Shown piece by piece: positions 36,838 to 50,496 of a DNA stretch of 64,000 nucleotides (position 1 is its first letter; each line of letters begins with the position of its first letter). The stretch covers positions 18,476,001-18,540,000 of the forward strand of contig CM068742.1 in assembly GCA_035084275.1 (NCBI GenBank), read 5' to 3'. This DNA is from Hydrolagus colliei (lineage: Eukaryota). The notes beneath the pieces were generated by a model that did no database searches, had not been told where the DNA came from, and was given only the letters and a program-made list of their open reading frames with translations. Position numbers and translations under genes: made by a program.

Positions 36838-37165
36838 ACACACACACAGACACACAGTCACACACACACACAGACACTCACACACAGACACACACACATA
36901 GACACAGGTCTGAATGTGTACATCACTTCCATGGTGATTATGATATTATCGACCATATAAACAATCCAAGAAAAGTCTCATCAGAGCCCATGACACACAC
37001 TCGTTCTCTCACACATTCTCACTCACACACGCACACACACACACGCACACACACTTTCTCACACGCACGTATACACACACAACTCTCTCTCCCTCACACA
37101 AACACACACAACTCTCTTTCTCTCACACACACACACATAGAGAGAGGAGAGAGAGAGAGACAGAC
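36838..37165. repeat. Compound (CA)n/(CT)n/(GA)n microsatellites
   Basis: Direct reading of the sequence. Confidence 0.85.
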
Positions 37166-37411
37166 AGTCTGGGGATGAAATCACATTTTAAAAATACACC
37201 TGTTCTCCAAGTCGTGGCTTTTGAAACGATTGATTTAAAATAAAGAAACCATCGATTGCGATTATCCTCGTCACTTTTTTTTTTGGAGGTGAAGACTAAC
37301 AGCAGTTTCGCAAAGCATCACCTGCGGATAGGATAGTTTATGGACGTGTGGCGATAGGGTCAACTATTTTGTAAAGGAATTTGCTGTAGGTTTTTCACAT
37401 CTGTGGTTTAG

Positions 37412-37446
<35 letters not shown>

Positions 37447-40400
37447 CCCCACCTCCCCCCCGCACCCCCTCCCCACCTCCCTCCCCTATTGTCCCCACCA
37501 AAGGGATTGTGTTTAATCGGACCATTTGCATCAGCGTCCCCAGTGACTAGGAGACAAGTACAGCCCAGGCATTAGCATGGTAATTTCATTTTGATGGATA
37601 AAATTAGCAAAGTTATTACCCAGAATGTTGGCCCGGCATTGGAGAGTCGCTGTGCTTAGAATCAATTACTAAATTACACCGAGCTTTTAGAAGACATTAA
37701 CAGAAAAAAAAATTGCTATCGACCCTCAGACGGAGAGATAAAAATCCACGATCATTAAATCTCCCAGTACTAAACACGAATCAGATTCATAAGAAACTGC
37801 ACAAATATGATGGAATTTAATTTTGAACGGAATCTGTTGTCAACATTTCATCTATTCTTGCAGCGTTTTAGCGCCGGCCTCCTCGTACACGGGTTTCAGT
37901 GCTTTAGAATTGAATCCGAGGTGGATGTTACATCCCTTTATCAATAAGATAAAGACATTAAGGTTCAAATGTCCATGCCTTTCAATTTAAAGCGCATATA
38001 CTGTGACAAAGTAGGGCATTGGCACCCACTCGTCAAAGGCAGAAAACATGCCACATTAGAAAACAATCTTTCAATTATTCCAGTTTGACGTTCAATATAC
38101 AGTAATTGTACCGCTGGCTTTGTGGACAAAGAGAGACGTTCACAGACACACAAACACACGCACACAAACATATAACAACATACTGTACACACCGTTATAT
38201 ATTTGCACTTTATTATTTCGTAACTAGTATTATTATTACTATGATTATTATTTATCATCTTTGATTCCAATCGCGGGCTCTCACAAACAAGTTGAAATAG
38301 ACTGGAGTATAAGTATCGCCTCCGCGCAAAACGCTCGTTTCTAACGTAGTCCTCGTCCTGGAAATGAACGGTTGGTCAGCATTTGCAAGAGATTTTATAC
38401 GTAAATTAACGCGTTATTTTCAAGGCCTCGGTTTGCACCTGTCTTTTCGAGGGTTTGTGCGTGTGAAACAAGGGCCTGGAGTGATACCTAAACAACAATC
38501 CTAATAATAATAATAATAATAATGCTTCTTGCATTTGGGATAGCGCCTCTCACGTCGAGGGGACGTCTCAAAGCGCTTAACATGACTTACATATGTGGGC
38601 GATTCGGTCGAAATGTAGAATTTACTCACAGGTTATTCGTGTGAGTCGGTGCACCCACCCAAGTTGCTGAATGCATCAGTTGAGGCGTTTTTCCGCTGAT
38701 ACGAGTGGATTGCCAACGAGCGGTCGCACTCACTGTGAAACGCTTTGAGAATTTTTGTGTGTGCAATGCGAGGGTCTTTACTGTAAATGTTCTTTGCATT
38801 TTGGTTGATTTTACACGTGCGGTACTTTCAGCGCCGCGGGGGCGTGTGTGTGGCAGCATTTCAAACTAAAATTCGCCAGTTTTAGAATAAATAAATAATA
38901 ATAAGAATGATAATAAGAATAATCCTTGCATTATGATATAGCGCGTAACAAAAAAAGGGGAACTTTGGGGCAGCCGGGCAGAAGGACAGATATAGAGGAT
39001 CGTGGGGGCTCTTTGTGGCACTAAAGCTGTCAAGTTGCCTGTGTATTAGTAATTGACATTATTATTAGTATTTTACACATCACCTGTCAGATCGTTATTA
39101 AGCATCAATTGAAGTGCTGTTGGGGGAGTCTGGGTCAGGCTCATTAACCAGCTTCTGTCCTGAGTTTTGCCTGCAACCCTCAGGCAACCTGGCTGCCACA
39201 GAGCCGTGCACACAGCGAGCACATCCACAGAGGCGGCCACAGCCATCACTGTTCAACAACCCGCTATTGTTCATCCAGAGGTTCAGTGGAATTAACCGGT
39301 CAGTGTCAACAATTACGTAATGAGTTCCGCCTACGATGGAGCAAACGATAGTCACTTTTAATTCAGGGGCTGTTTTTTTTTAATAAAAAACAAGATGTCA
39401 ATGAATTCAACGCGAGGCTTTAATGGCTTTAATGTATTCGCACTGTGCGTTAACAGAGGTTCAGATCGCATTGACGCTTTTATATGTACCCACAAACAGG
39501 CATAAATGTGTGTGTATTTTCGCATTACAGATGTAGCACATGGACGAGCAGAGATTACTCTGTGTATGAGCAGGAGCTTCTACAGTGGCATTTATTCGCC
39601 AGCTGTTCGTAACGTTGTTTATTCATTAAGTTGATATCTAAATAAACCTGAAGGAAAGCCCGGGGAGGTTTGCATTCCCTGCTACACGCGTTTAACCCCG
39701 ACCTCCTGATATCACTGCACTCCGCCTCACACGCTACAGTTAACGGCGGAAACTGGCATTGAAGTATTGCAGGAAATAATTCAGGAACGTGTTTTATAGA
39801 GAGGCCACGGGCGATGCCAACGAAACAGCTAAGAAGTACGGCAGTAGATCTACCAATTGAGAACCATGGCTAACAAAAATCCAAGGAGCGTTATTACTGT
39901 TGGTGTGAAAAAAATACCGATATTTTTTCCGTGAATATTTTTTTACAATACTCACACAAGGATGGCAGACATGATCGGAGACCGGGGCTCGGCTTCGGTA
40001 TCCCAATTAGTATGTGTGAGGGAGGGAGGGCATTGAGCCAACTAGGATTGTGCACTGAAAACAGGTGTCTGTGGATGAACAACGAGGTGCCTGGGGATGG
40101 GTACACAAGCAGGAAGTTGAGTCTTCAAAGTTGCCTCGTTTCAAAATATACTGCTCTCCACATAATGAAATCCCCACCCAGGCTGTAAGGATGAAACCCG
40201 ACCAGATGAGCAAACTTCATATGGGAGAAAATAATGTCACACCAGCGACAAGATGCCCATCCCCCAAATTCTCCAGTCAGTGATTTCAACAGTGGGAATG
40301 AGATCAGCAATATCACAAAGATGCTTCCCATTCACACAGGCTAATTTAGGACTGTAGGACAATAGGACAAACACCGACTTTAGGTCTTGGATTCTAGTTG

Positions 40401-40644
40401 GTGAACTTTTGCCCTTTAGATTGCAGAAGTGATTTTGAGTGCACAGTGATGTCCCCGGGCCTGTGACATGTTCAGGTCACCTCTCTAACCCTCAGCTCCC
40501 AATCCTGCTAAAATCTCAACTACCATTAGCATACTAAATTTAAAACGAATGCGGTCATTTTATTCTGTGGACACGGGTCTGTATAGCACTTTGTTTTCTG
40601 TTGATAGTGTTGCAAACAGCATCACTACTTTGTTTCGGCTAATT

Positions 40645-41189
40645 GCCTAACATCATCCAGAAGAACTCTGCAGCTCCTGTCCTCACCAGCACCAGGCGCC
40701 CTGATCCCATCACTCCCACCCTCACCCGGCTCCATTGGCTCCCAATACCCCCAGAGGATCAAACTCGAGATCCTCGTCCTCACTTTCAAGGCTATTCACG
40801 GCCTTGCCCCCTCCTATCTCTTCGACCTGCTGTCTCCCTATCAACCCGCTCGGCCCTCCATTCAGGGGTTTCCGTTCTGCTCCGTGTCCCCCGCCCGACC
40901 CGGCGTACTATCGGTGGACGGGCTTTCAGCCTCGCTGCCCCCACATTCTGGAACTCCATCCCACAGTCCCTTCGCCTCGCTCCCTCCCTCGCCTCCTTCA
41001 AGGCTGGTCTCAAGACCCTCCTCTTTGATTGTGCCTTCTGCTGCCCTCACAATTCTCTCCCTCCCTTCCTAATTCTCTCCCTCCCCTTCCCCCTACCCTG
41101 TCCCTCCCCCTTGCTCAGGACCTGACTTGATGTTCAGCACCTTGAGACGATGTGAAAGGAGCTCTAGATATGTCATTTTATTGTTGTTG
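40645..41189 (+). mobile_element. L2 LINE 3' fragment
   Basis: NSAA.VL...PITPTLTRLHWLPI and IGGRAFSLAAPTFWNSIP...SFKAGLKTLLF, with a TTGTTG tail. Confidence 0.9.
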
Positions 41190-41489
41190 TAAGACCACTT
41201 TTCTCCATTTCTGCAACATCGTCTGCCTCCTCCACCATTACCTCAACACCCACACAGCCCACACCCTCATCCTCACTATTGATACTTCCAGACCACATTT
41301 TCAATAACCTGTTCACCGTCTTCACAGTTCCATGACAATGTTGCAGCCCATCTAAAACTTTGCAGCCAGCATCCTCTCATACGCAAGAGTAAAGGCCATG
41401 GCTTGCCCATACACTGTATCTGCAATTTTCTGTAACCTTAACTATTTGAACAGCTTCTGCTCTATCATCATCATGACATCCCATAACTT

Positions 41490-41801
41490 AATGATTAGAG
41501 CACTTGCCTTGCAAGCGAGAGGACCCGGTTCGATTCCCAATTGCAGCAAAACCTTAGGCAAGTTTCCTTACTCCACACTCTTCTATTTACCTAGCAGTAA
41601 AGCAGTAAGTAGGAACTTGGTTGTTAGAGATCTGGTGGATTGCCTTCCAAGAGTAATAATCGCTCAAAATACAAAAGTTTGGTCACAACTGTTTGCTACA
41701 TTTTGCCCTTAAAATACACAGTCAATCCACTATTTTGTGAGGCGCTTTGAGACATCTCAACTTTAGGATTAAGTGCAATATCAAATGCAAAGATTATTAT
41801 C
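41490..41801 (+). mobile_element. Long-variant tRNA-derived SINE
   Basis: Partial head, TTTACCTAGCAGTAA segment and tail. Confidence 0.8.
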
Positions 41802-41849
41802 TTTATCACGTTCAGCCACTTTGCTCTCACCCTCTCAATCTCAAATTCC

Positions 41850-42730
41850 TCTACCTCATACCCTTTCTTTGTTGATTTTTTCCTTTTGTTTCCTGATTGG
41901 CTCTTGCCAACACCTTCACTCATCAGACACTGGCAGCATCCACCTCCATGATTGCACTCTCAACCTAACTAAGCCAGTCATGAACCTAGGTGTCTTATTC
42001 GATCCTCAATTGGTTTTCCTCCCCCACATCCAAGCAATGACCCGCTCTGCCTTCCCTCACCTCTACAATATTGCTTGGCTCCGCCATTACCTCATTACGC
42101 CATTACCTCACCCCTCCATGCCGCTGAAAGCTTCACGCCTTCATCAGCATCACATCCCGTCTCAACTATGCTAATGCCCTGCTTGTCAGCCTTTCTAATT
42201 CCTCCCTCCATAGGTTGCAGATAATCCAGAACTCTGTGGCTCGTGTCCTCTATTGCTCTAAGCTTCGTGACCCCATCTCCCCCATCCTCGCCTGATTCCA
42301 TTGGCTCCCATCATCTAGAGGATCCAATTCAAAATCCTGTTCCTCAAATTCAAAGCCATCCATGGCCTTGCCCCACCTTACCTCTGCAACCTGCTAACCC
42401 CACACCAACCTGCCCTCCCAAATGCGGCCTACTCCATGTTCCTCGACCCACCTTCCCCACTATTGGCAGGCTATCCTTCAGCTACTCTGCACCAACTGCA
42501 TCCCACAGTCCCTCCGCCTTGACCCCTTCCTTGTCATTCTTCAAGTCTCACCTCAAGACCCTCCTCTTTGATGGTTCCAGGGGTCACCCCAAGTTCCCCC
42601 CTTTTCCTCCACTCTTCCCATCCGCGACCCCAGCTCTTGTATAAGGCCAAGAAACAATGACTGTCCAGCACCTTGGGACCTCCTCCTGACGTGAAAGGCT
42701 CTATACAAGTATAATTTTGTTGATGTTGTT
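41850..42730 (+). mobile_element. L2 LINE 3' fragment
   Basis: VMNLGVLFDPQL.F.PHI and later ORF2 motifs with frameshifts, plus an L2 tail. Confidence 0.88.
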
Positions 42731-44949
42731 TCTTGTTTTACTCCTTTAAAACACAGGAGGAATATTTAGTTAAGAATAGGATCAAAGGTTATAAGGATGA
42801 TAATTGTCACACATATTAAATACTCTAGAACCCGATGCAAGATGTGTTGCAATAATATGATTGCCATCTGAATTAAGCAACTGGTCAAATTTCACACACT
42901 GTGATGTTTAATTGTTATTATGGAGTTTTTATTCAATTAACTTCGGTGGTCAAGGAGAAATATCACAGGTAGTTTTCACAGAAGACATATTTGTGGTTCA
43001 GGGATTTGGGAACTGATACACCAGGTATGGCTCTGGCATGACAGCATTTACAAGTTTTTTTTATTTTGGGTTAAAAGTTTAAGGTGTCCAATGTTTTTTG
43101 TTTAACCTTAGCATATTTTTCTGTAAAGTGAGATATCACCACAGCTGTCCCTGCTTGACTGTCCTTCTGTGATTATTCAATAGCCCGAGGAGATTAAATA
43201 CATTGGATGTTCATGAAAATACAGAATGTCTGGACTATGGGAAGAACTCATCTCAGTAAATTGAATGCCTTTTCCCATCCTGTGCTTTCTTGTATTTATT
43301 TCTTGTTATGAAATTATAGTTTGGTTAACTTAATGCCCATGGTATTAATTGTTCCAGATAGTACACTAAAGGGACAATATTCATGATATCTTAATAGAAA
43401 AATGAATAAAGAAAATTGATTTATTGGTAAGTGACTATGCTTTAGAATTCTATTGCACTTTTTAAGTAACAAACATATTAAATAATAATTCTTTTTTGCA
43501 GTTGATGTGATGCATTAACACATTAAAATATCTCAAAGTGGTTGAAGGTAGTGGGGTAAAAGATCGCCCATGATCTAATAAAATTGTGGAAAAAAATTGA
43601 TGGACTGAATGGCGTACTCCTCTTTCTATTTTTCTATGAAAAATTTACTATGAATTGCATTGAATATTCTTACACAGGCAAGCACATCAGCCAATCTCAA
43701 TCTTCTTTGGCTTCCATTCCTCTCAGCAATGGAATGGGAGCAGGAAAGCTTCTGGAGAGCATCCAAAGGAATTGCCTTAAATAGTTTCCATTTACTTGAG
43801 GAATGAGCAGGGTTTGCAGGCAGGGATGAGAAAAATTTAACAGATAATAGTCCCATACAGTAGGAGATAAAATGTTGGGGAGGTCGTCTGGACCATTAAA
43901 ATGATTAGAATAATCCAGAGAGCTATTTGTCTTTTAGTCTTATGTACAGCAGGAACAACCAAACATTTGGAAATTTAGATGGTGATTGTGGACTGAAAAA
44001 AAATCTATTTTACCAACCAGGCAATCCACTGTCATTAGTGTTGTGCATGTACTTAAAAGCAGCAGGAAATATACAGATAGCAGCAATAAAAAAAGAAAAA
44101 CTATCACCATGAAAATAAAAGGCAACTTTTATACCTCTGGCATTTGGGCCACACATTGCAACTCCTCACAGGAAAATGTACTTTGAATTTCAAAAGTCCG
44201 GACAAAGCAACTCCCAAAAGAGTTGTAATAAATGTGAGCACTGCTGGAATTGCAGAGGGTCAGAACTGCCTAAACAAAAGAGAAGTAGGTTAATTGTCAA
44301 GGGACATTATTCAAGGCCAGAATGAAAGGCCATCTCATAGAATTGACCCATGTATCAGTACTTTCCACAATCGAAATGAAGGCGCTGAAAGAGAATTAAT
44401 GCTTGCAATCAGAGCCGGAGTGGAGCATTTGAATAAACCAACGAAACTGTTCTTTTTGACTTGAGGAAGAAAATCCAAGTCTGTAATTGTCCCCAATGCT
44501 GGCAAACTGTGATGCTTGCTCCACCTCACTCTCTTCCATTTTTCTCATCACGTGCCCAAGTCATCACTTTGGACTCTGCCACAAAAAGTTTTTCTTTACA
44601 ATAATAGATTAATATGACTAAATGCATTTTTTGAACTACACAGATCATCTCTCAGAAAATTAGGCAGACCAGAATGCCAAAGGAATGAATGTAAATGCTA
44701 AGTATATATAGAATGAGAAAGGCCATTCAACCCAATTAAACATTCAACCAACATCTTGAAGTTTGTGGATTCTATACATATTCAGTGTCTTGAACATGTT
44801 GAATAAACACAACTGCAGTCAAAACTTCTTATTTTGTATATCAAAATAGATTCATCTTAGCTTTCTTGACCTAGTTGTATAAGAATATAGTGAGCTGCTG
44901 AGGCAAAAAAACACTATCTTGATGATTTTTGTCTTTTCTCACAAGATCA

Positions 44950-47900
44950 TGAGATTGGCTTGGATAAAGATAGCCCTTTAATCCATCCAATTTCATCACC
45001 CTTGAACACCCACCTCCCCATCATCACATCAAGCTGCTTTTTAAATGACTCCAGTGTCCTGGCCCTTTCCAGGCAACCTGTTTAACCTGGCAAACCTTGA
45101 TCACTCGTTGAGTAAAAACAAACTTCCTGCTTCCTGTCCTGAAATTGCTCTTTACAACTCTAAACCTATCTCCTGTCATCCTATCGTCTTATTACATCCT
45201 AAAGTATCGGTCGGGAACAAATTTTTCAATCCCTTTAAAAATTTTGGACACTTCTGAATCATCTTCTTTCAGGACTGAAAACCCCCAATTTATCTAATCA
45301 TTGCTTGTAAATTATTCCTCTAACACTGGGGATCATTGTTATTGCTTTCCTCTGCACCAACTCTAGGGTCTGGGAAGCCACGGATGTGATGGAAACCAAA
45401 ACTGTACACATTACCTTAGTCACAGCCTGACCAGAGCACTACGTAGCTTGAGTATAAAACTTCTGCAGTTCTGAACTCGATTGATTTGGCAATATAGTCT
45501 GTTTGCTTTCTTTATTGTTACCTCATATTGGTTTGACATAGTGAGCGATGAGTCAACTAACACCCCTAAATCTTTTTTAGCTTGCCACTTGGCAAGTTTT
45601 GTCCCATTCATGGAACACATATGCTTCTTATTTTTACTTACTTCCTATATGTAATACCTTGCGTGTATCTCCACTGAACTTAATTTGGCAGTTATTAGCC
45701 CATATCATAGCCAATCAAGATCTCTTCGTAAGACTTTTGATTCCTCAGGAACTCTCTTCCCAATCCAACTTGGTGTCATTTGTAAATATAACTACCTTAC
45801 TCTAGGGCTGTGAATCCAGGTCAATATATTCAAGGAACAGAAGTGTCTGAGAACAGATCCTTGAAGCACTCTATTTACTACTTCCTCCAAATTTGATTGA
45901 GCTCCCTTAACAACAATCCTTTGCTTTTTTCCCTTCAGCTCAATTCTGATTCTATGTTCATGTCTTGCCTTAGATTCATAGATTCATAGATTCATAGATT
46001 CATAGAATTTTACGGCACAAAAGGAGGCCATTCGGCCCATCTAGTCTGTGCCGGCTCTTTGAAAAGAGCGATTCAATCCCACTGCCCTGCCCGCTCCCCA
46101 TAGCCTAATAGACCTGTTCTCCCTAAATAAAGATCTAATTCCCTTTTAAAAGTTGTTATCGAATCAGCCTCCACCACCTTTTCAGGCAATGCATTCCAGA
46201 TTCGAACAACTCGCTGAGTGAAAAAATTTCTCCTCAGCTCCCCTCTACTTCGCCTTGAAACTATTTTAAATCTGTGACCACGAGTCACAGATTCACCCAC
46301 GAGTGGAAATATTTTTTCTCTATTTGCCCTGTCGAAACCCCTCATGATCTTATAAACCTCTATTAGGTCTCCCCTCAATCTTCTCTGCTCCAGAGAGAAT
46401 AACCCTAGCCTATCTAGCCTCTCCTCATAGCTGAAGTCCCTCAATCCTGGCACCATCCTAGTAAATCTTCTTTGTACCCTTTCCAATGTCTTCACATCCT
46501 TTCTGTAGTGTGGTGACCAGAATTGAACACAGTATTCCAGCTGAGGCCTCATCAAAGTCTTATAGAGGTTAGTCAGCACTTCCTGACTTTTGTACTCTAT
46601 ACCCCTATTTATAAAGCCTAGTATCCCATATGCCTTCTTAACAGCCTTGTCTACCTGTCCTGCCACCTTCAACGAGTCACTAACACAAATCCCCAGGTCT
46701 CTCTGTTCCTTCACACCATTTAAAATTGTACTATCTAGCCTATATTGCCTCCCTTCATTTCTTCTCCCAAAATGCATCACCTCACACTTCTCTGCATTAA
46801 ACTTCATCTGCCATGTGTCTGCCCACTTTTCCAATTTGTCTATATCCTCTTGCAGATGGCTACTATCCTCCTCACTATTTACTATTCTCCCTAACTTAGT
46901 GTCATCTGCAAACTTGGAAACTGTACTCCGTACACCCAAGTCCAGATCATTGATGTAGATTACAAACAGCAATGGTCCCAAAACTGATCCCTGTGGCACA
47001 CCACTGCTCACTTCCCTCCAATCTGAAAAACAGCCGCTCACTACAACTCTCTGCTTTCTGTCTCGCAGCCAGTTGTGAATCCACGCTGCCACTGTCTCTT
47101 TTACGCCATGGGCCTTTAATTTCATAATAAGTCTCTCATGTGGCACTTTGTCAAATGCCTTTTGAAAGTCCATGTAAACTACATCAACTGCGCTACCATT
47201 ATCCACCCATTCCGTTACCTCATCCAAAAAAAAAAATTCTATCAGATTTGTAAGGCAAGATTTGCTTTTAACAAATCCATGTTGATTGTCCTTTATTAGC
47301 CTATATCTTTCTAAGTGAAGATCTACCTTGTCCCTGATTATGGACTCTAGAAGTTTGCCCACTACCGACGTTAGACTGACTGGTCTGTAGTTACCAGGCT
47401 TGTCGTTTGTACCCATTGACATTAGTTTCTGCAGTACTGTAGTCTCTCATGTGGTACTTTGTCAAATGCTTTTGAAGTCTCGATATACCGTACGATACTC
47501 AATATGAAATGACTTTCCACAGTTTATTTTGGCTGTCACTCTCCAAAATAGTCTATGAGGTTGGTCAGATGAGATCTACACTTCTGGATCAAGGCTGGCT
47601 GTGATTTATTTGATTATTTATATTTTCTTTTCGAGGGTTGACTCCATCTATTTTCAATTACAGTATTGAGATCAGCCGAATGGTCACCTTTGAATGTTGA
47701 ATATTTGTTGACCGTTTACTTTGGTCTAGTTTTTTGAAACCTCAGCAGTGGTGATTGACTCCCTCATAATACCTGTCAGTGCTACATAAATCTGCTGCTT
47801 ATCTCTCTAAGTACCCTGGGGTACAGTTCATTCATCCTGAGGGATTTGTTGTTTTTCAGCCTTGCGCCTATCTGGGACCTAAGCCTTCTTCATGTCAATT
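44950..47900 (-). mobile_element. Old, degenerate CR1 LINE (host of the young CR1)
   Basis: Minus-strand remnants KDLGVLVDSSLTMSNQ...IKKANR on one side. A decayed FDKVPH-type segment at 47445-47480 lies on the other side of the insert. Confidence 0.7.
45971..47407 (-). mobile_element. Young 5'-truncated CR1 LINE with an uninterrupted reverse transcriptase frame
   Basis: ORF 46073-47422 has PGNYRPVSLTS, DFQKAFDKVPH, SGVPQGSVLGP and KFADD. It ends in a 3' UTR hairpin and a perfect 8-bp tail repeat (CATAGATT)n on + at 45971-46007. Confidence 0.95.
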
Positions 47901-48875
47901 TCCTGAAGCATAACCAGTTTTTGTTGGATGCGGGTGATGTTTTTAGTACTGTGCCTGGTAAATACTATCTTCTTTTAGTATTTCGTAGTCATTTAGTATT
48001 TTAACATCTTTCCTGACTACACTCTTATTCTTCTAATATTGAATGGAATTTTTGGCATTATGCTTTGCCTTGCTCCTGCAACAGTGCAACAAAATTACAT
48101 TTGTAGAGCACCTTTCATGTCAGGAGGACGTCCCAACGTGCTGTATATGGTGATAAGGTTTTTCCCTTGCCAGTTCTCTCGAAATTACTCTAATCTCTTT
48201 TTACCTCCTTCTGCACAGCCCAGTAGGGGGCTAAATGTTCACCTTCTTTTTAATAATAATAGTAATATTAATCTTAGCATTTGATATAGCGCCTTATCAA
48301 GTTTTCAGGACGTCTCAAAGGGCTTCATAGAATACATCATGACGCAATTTTTTGTTAAATAAGGTTTGCAAATCTTACTTTTGTTTCCTTTTTATTTTCT
48401 CATTGATCCATTTCAGAGTATTTTTTTTAATTTACCCCAATTGCTCTTGGGCTTGTGCTTGTCCTGCAGGCTCTATGTAATGTTTCTTAAGCATATCCAT
48501 TTATCCTCAACTGATTTGTCTTTGAGTAATGTCTCCTAGTCCATGTCACTTAGTTCAGCCCTCATATCCCCAAGGTTTGCCCGTTTAAAGTTGTATACTG
48601 TCGTTTGTCTGTGTGCTTGTGCCATTTTCCAAGTTAGATTGAATGTTATTGAGCTGTGGTTACTCTTACCTACCTCTCAAAGCATTTCACAGAGATGGAG
48701 AGGGGGACAGAGTTGGGAGGAAGAATAAGATGGTGAGCAAATATCTGAAGGCATGGCCAAAAGATAGGTATTTAGATACAATTTGAAAACAGAGAGAGTC
48801 AATAGGGTATCTGAAAGGCTCGGGGTCAATGTAAGTTTGCCTGTTGATAGTGGACAGAGCAGACTGGTGGATGAA

Positions 48876-49190
48876 GCAACAACGACAACAAAATTATATT
48901 TGTATAGTACCTTTCACGTCAGGAGGGCATCCCAAGGCGATGAACAATCAGTGTTTCAGAGCTGGGATCCGGGAAGGTGGAGGGAAGGGAGGATAGGGAG
49001 GGTGACCAATAGCACAGTTGAAGAGGAGGGTCTCAAGGCCGGACTTGAATGAGGCTAGGGAGGGGCGAGGCAAAGGAATTGCAGGATGGAATTTCAAAGG
49101 CTCAAACTGGCTGAAGGCTTGCTTAGCAGAGTAAATAGAGTCACAGAATTGCGATGGTGTTAGGCCATGGAGGCACCTGAAGATAAGAAT
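48876..49190 (-). mobile_element. L2 3' fragment
   Basis: L2 tail and ORF2 end on the minus strand. Confidence 0.75.
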
Positions 49191-49199
49191 GAGTCTCTG

Positions 49200-49488
49200 T
49201 CAGCTTGGCTCAGTTGGAAGCAATATCGCCTCTGAGTTAGAAGTTGTGGGTTGTATGCAACTGGGCTGCCGCCTTCACCCACATAAAACACACAGTCTTT
49301 CGTGTTTACACTATATCCTGTAAAGCACTCATCCAAGTCAAAGGACAGCATCTCTAACAATGCATCATACCTCCAGCACTGTATTGGAGTGTCACCTTAA
49401 ACTATGTGATTCCAAATCCCAATGTTGCGGCGTCAACTGACAACCTTCTGACTCAGAGGTGAGAGTGCTACCAACTGAGCCAGGCTGA
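49200..49488. mobile_element. Two inverted heads of an older tRNA-derived SINE (SacSINE1/DeuSINE-like)
   Basis: TCAGCYTGGCTCAGTTGGWAGCA...CCTCTGAGTYAGAAG on + at 49200 and on - ending at 49488. Confidence 0.7.
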
Positions 49489-49749
49489 AACACACCCATC
49501 CTTATCTTCAAAACACTGGCCTCCAAATTAAGACAAAATTTGAAAACAGAGAGAGTCCCAACCTGCTCTGGTCCCAACCTTGGGATGTTGTTGTATTCTG
49601 TGAAGCACTTTGAGATGTTGATAAGATGTGGAAAGCGCAATATAAATGTAAGGATTATTATATTATTATTATTGTAAAATTTAAGAATGCTCTTCCATTC
49701 CATGAAATCTTAAATTTTAAGACAAACCAAAAATAAATAATAAGAATAA

Positions 49750-50112
49750 GAATAATGATCCTTGCATTTGATATAATGCCTTATCACGTTGTTAAAACCA
49801 CTCAAAGTGCTTCACAGAATATACTGTAAAGTGTAGTGACTGCATATTTTGTGGGTGATACACGCCAGCTAATTGTGCACTACAATGTCCGTAAAACAGT
49901 CGTGGATTGAGTGACCATAGTATTATTATTATTTTTGGAGGGATTATTACCCCCGGAAAGCATCTGCCAATCGACTAACAAGCAGGTTCCTACTTACTGC
50001 TAGATCAACTGAGGCATGTGTGTGGGTATGGAAACTCATCTAAGATTTTGTCCTGTCCTGGAATCAAACCTAGGCCCTCTTGTTTGCAAGATGAGCGCAC
50101 TAACCACTACAC
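49750..50112 (-). mobile_element. Long-variant tRNA-derived SINE
   Basis: Tail at 49750, extra central segment, and head ending near 50112. Confidence 0.82.
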
Positions 50113-50496
50113 TATATCTTAAATGTGGAAACTCTCCTTTCTCCGGTCAGTATGTTTCAAATAAAGATATATATCTGTCCCAATGCCTTGTGGAGACTTC
50201 CACTTAGATATCCCACACAAACTCGGAGTAGATAGTAATTTGAGGTCTTAGGCTCACATCACTGAAATGCTCCAAAAAAGGTACGAAGCAGTAGATGTTG
50301 TATGAACTTCTAAAGAGCTTGTAGAATATCAGATTTCAGGGTGCAATCTGATTTATGTTAGAATGAAAGGGCAGATGATGTTCAATCTATTGGCCAACAG
50401 CTTCGGATAATGCTAGGCTTCCTGGACTGCCTACATTTAAAATAAATACAATGTAAGATTCTGGAATGAATGTGTTAAATAATATCTCAAATTATT

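Noticed and set aside
46073-47422. 449-aa reverse transcriptase as a host gene or retron-like system
   Set aside because: It is an ordinary CR1 ORF2 fragment with a CR1 3' tail, 5'-truncated, and its start codon is borrowed from flanking decayed sequence.
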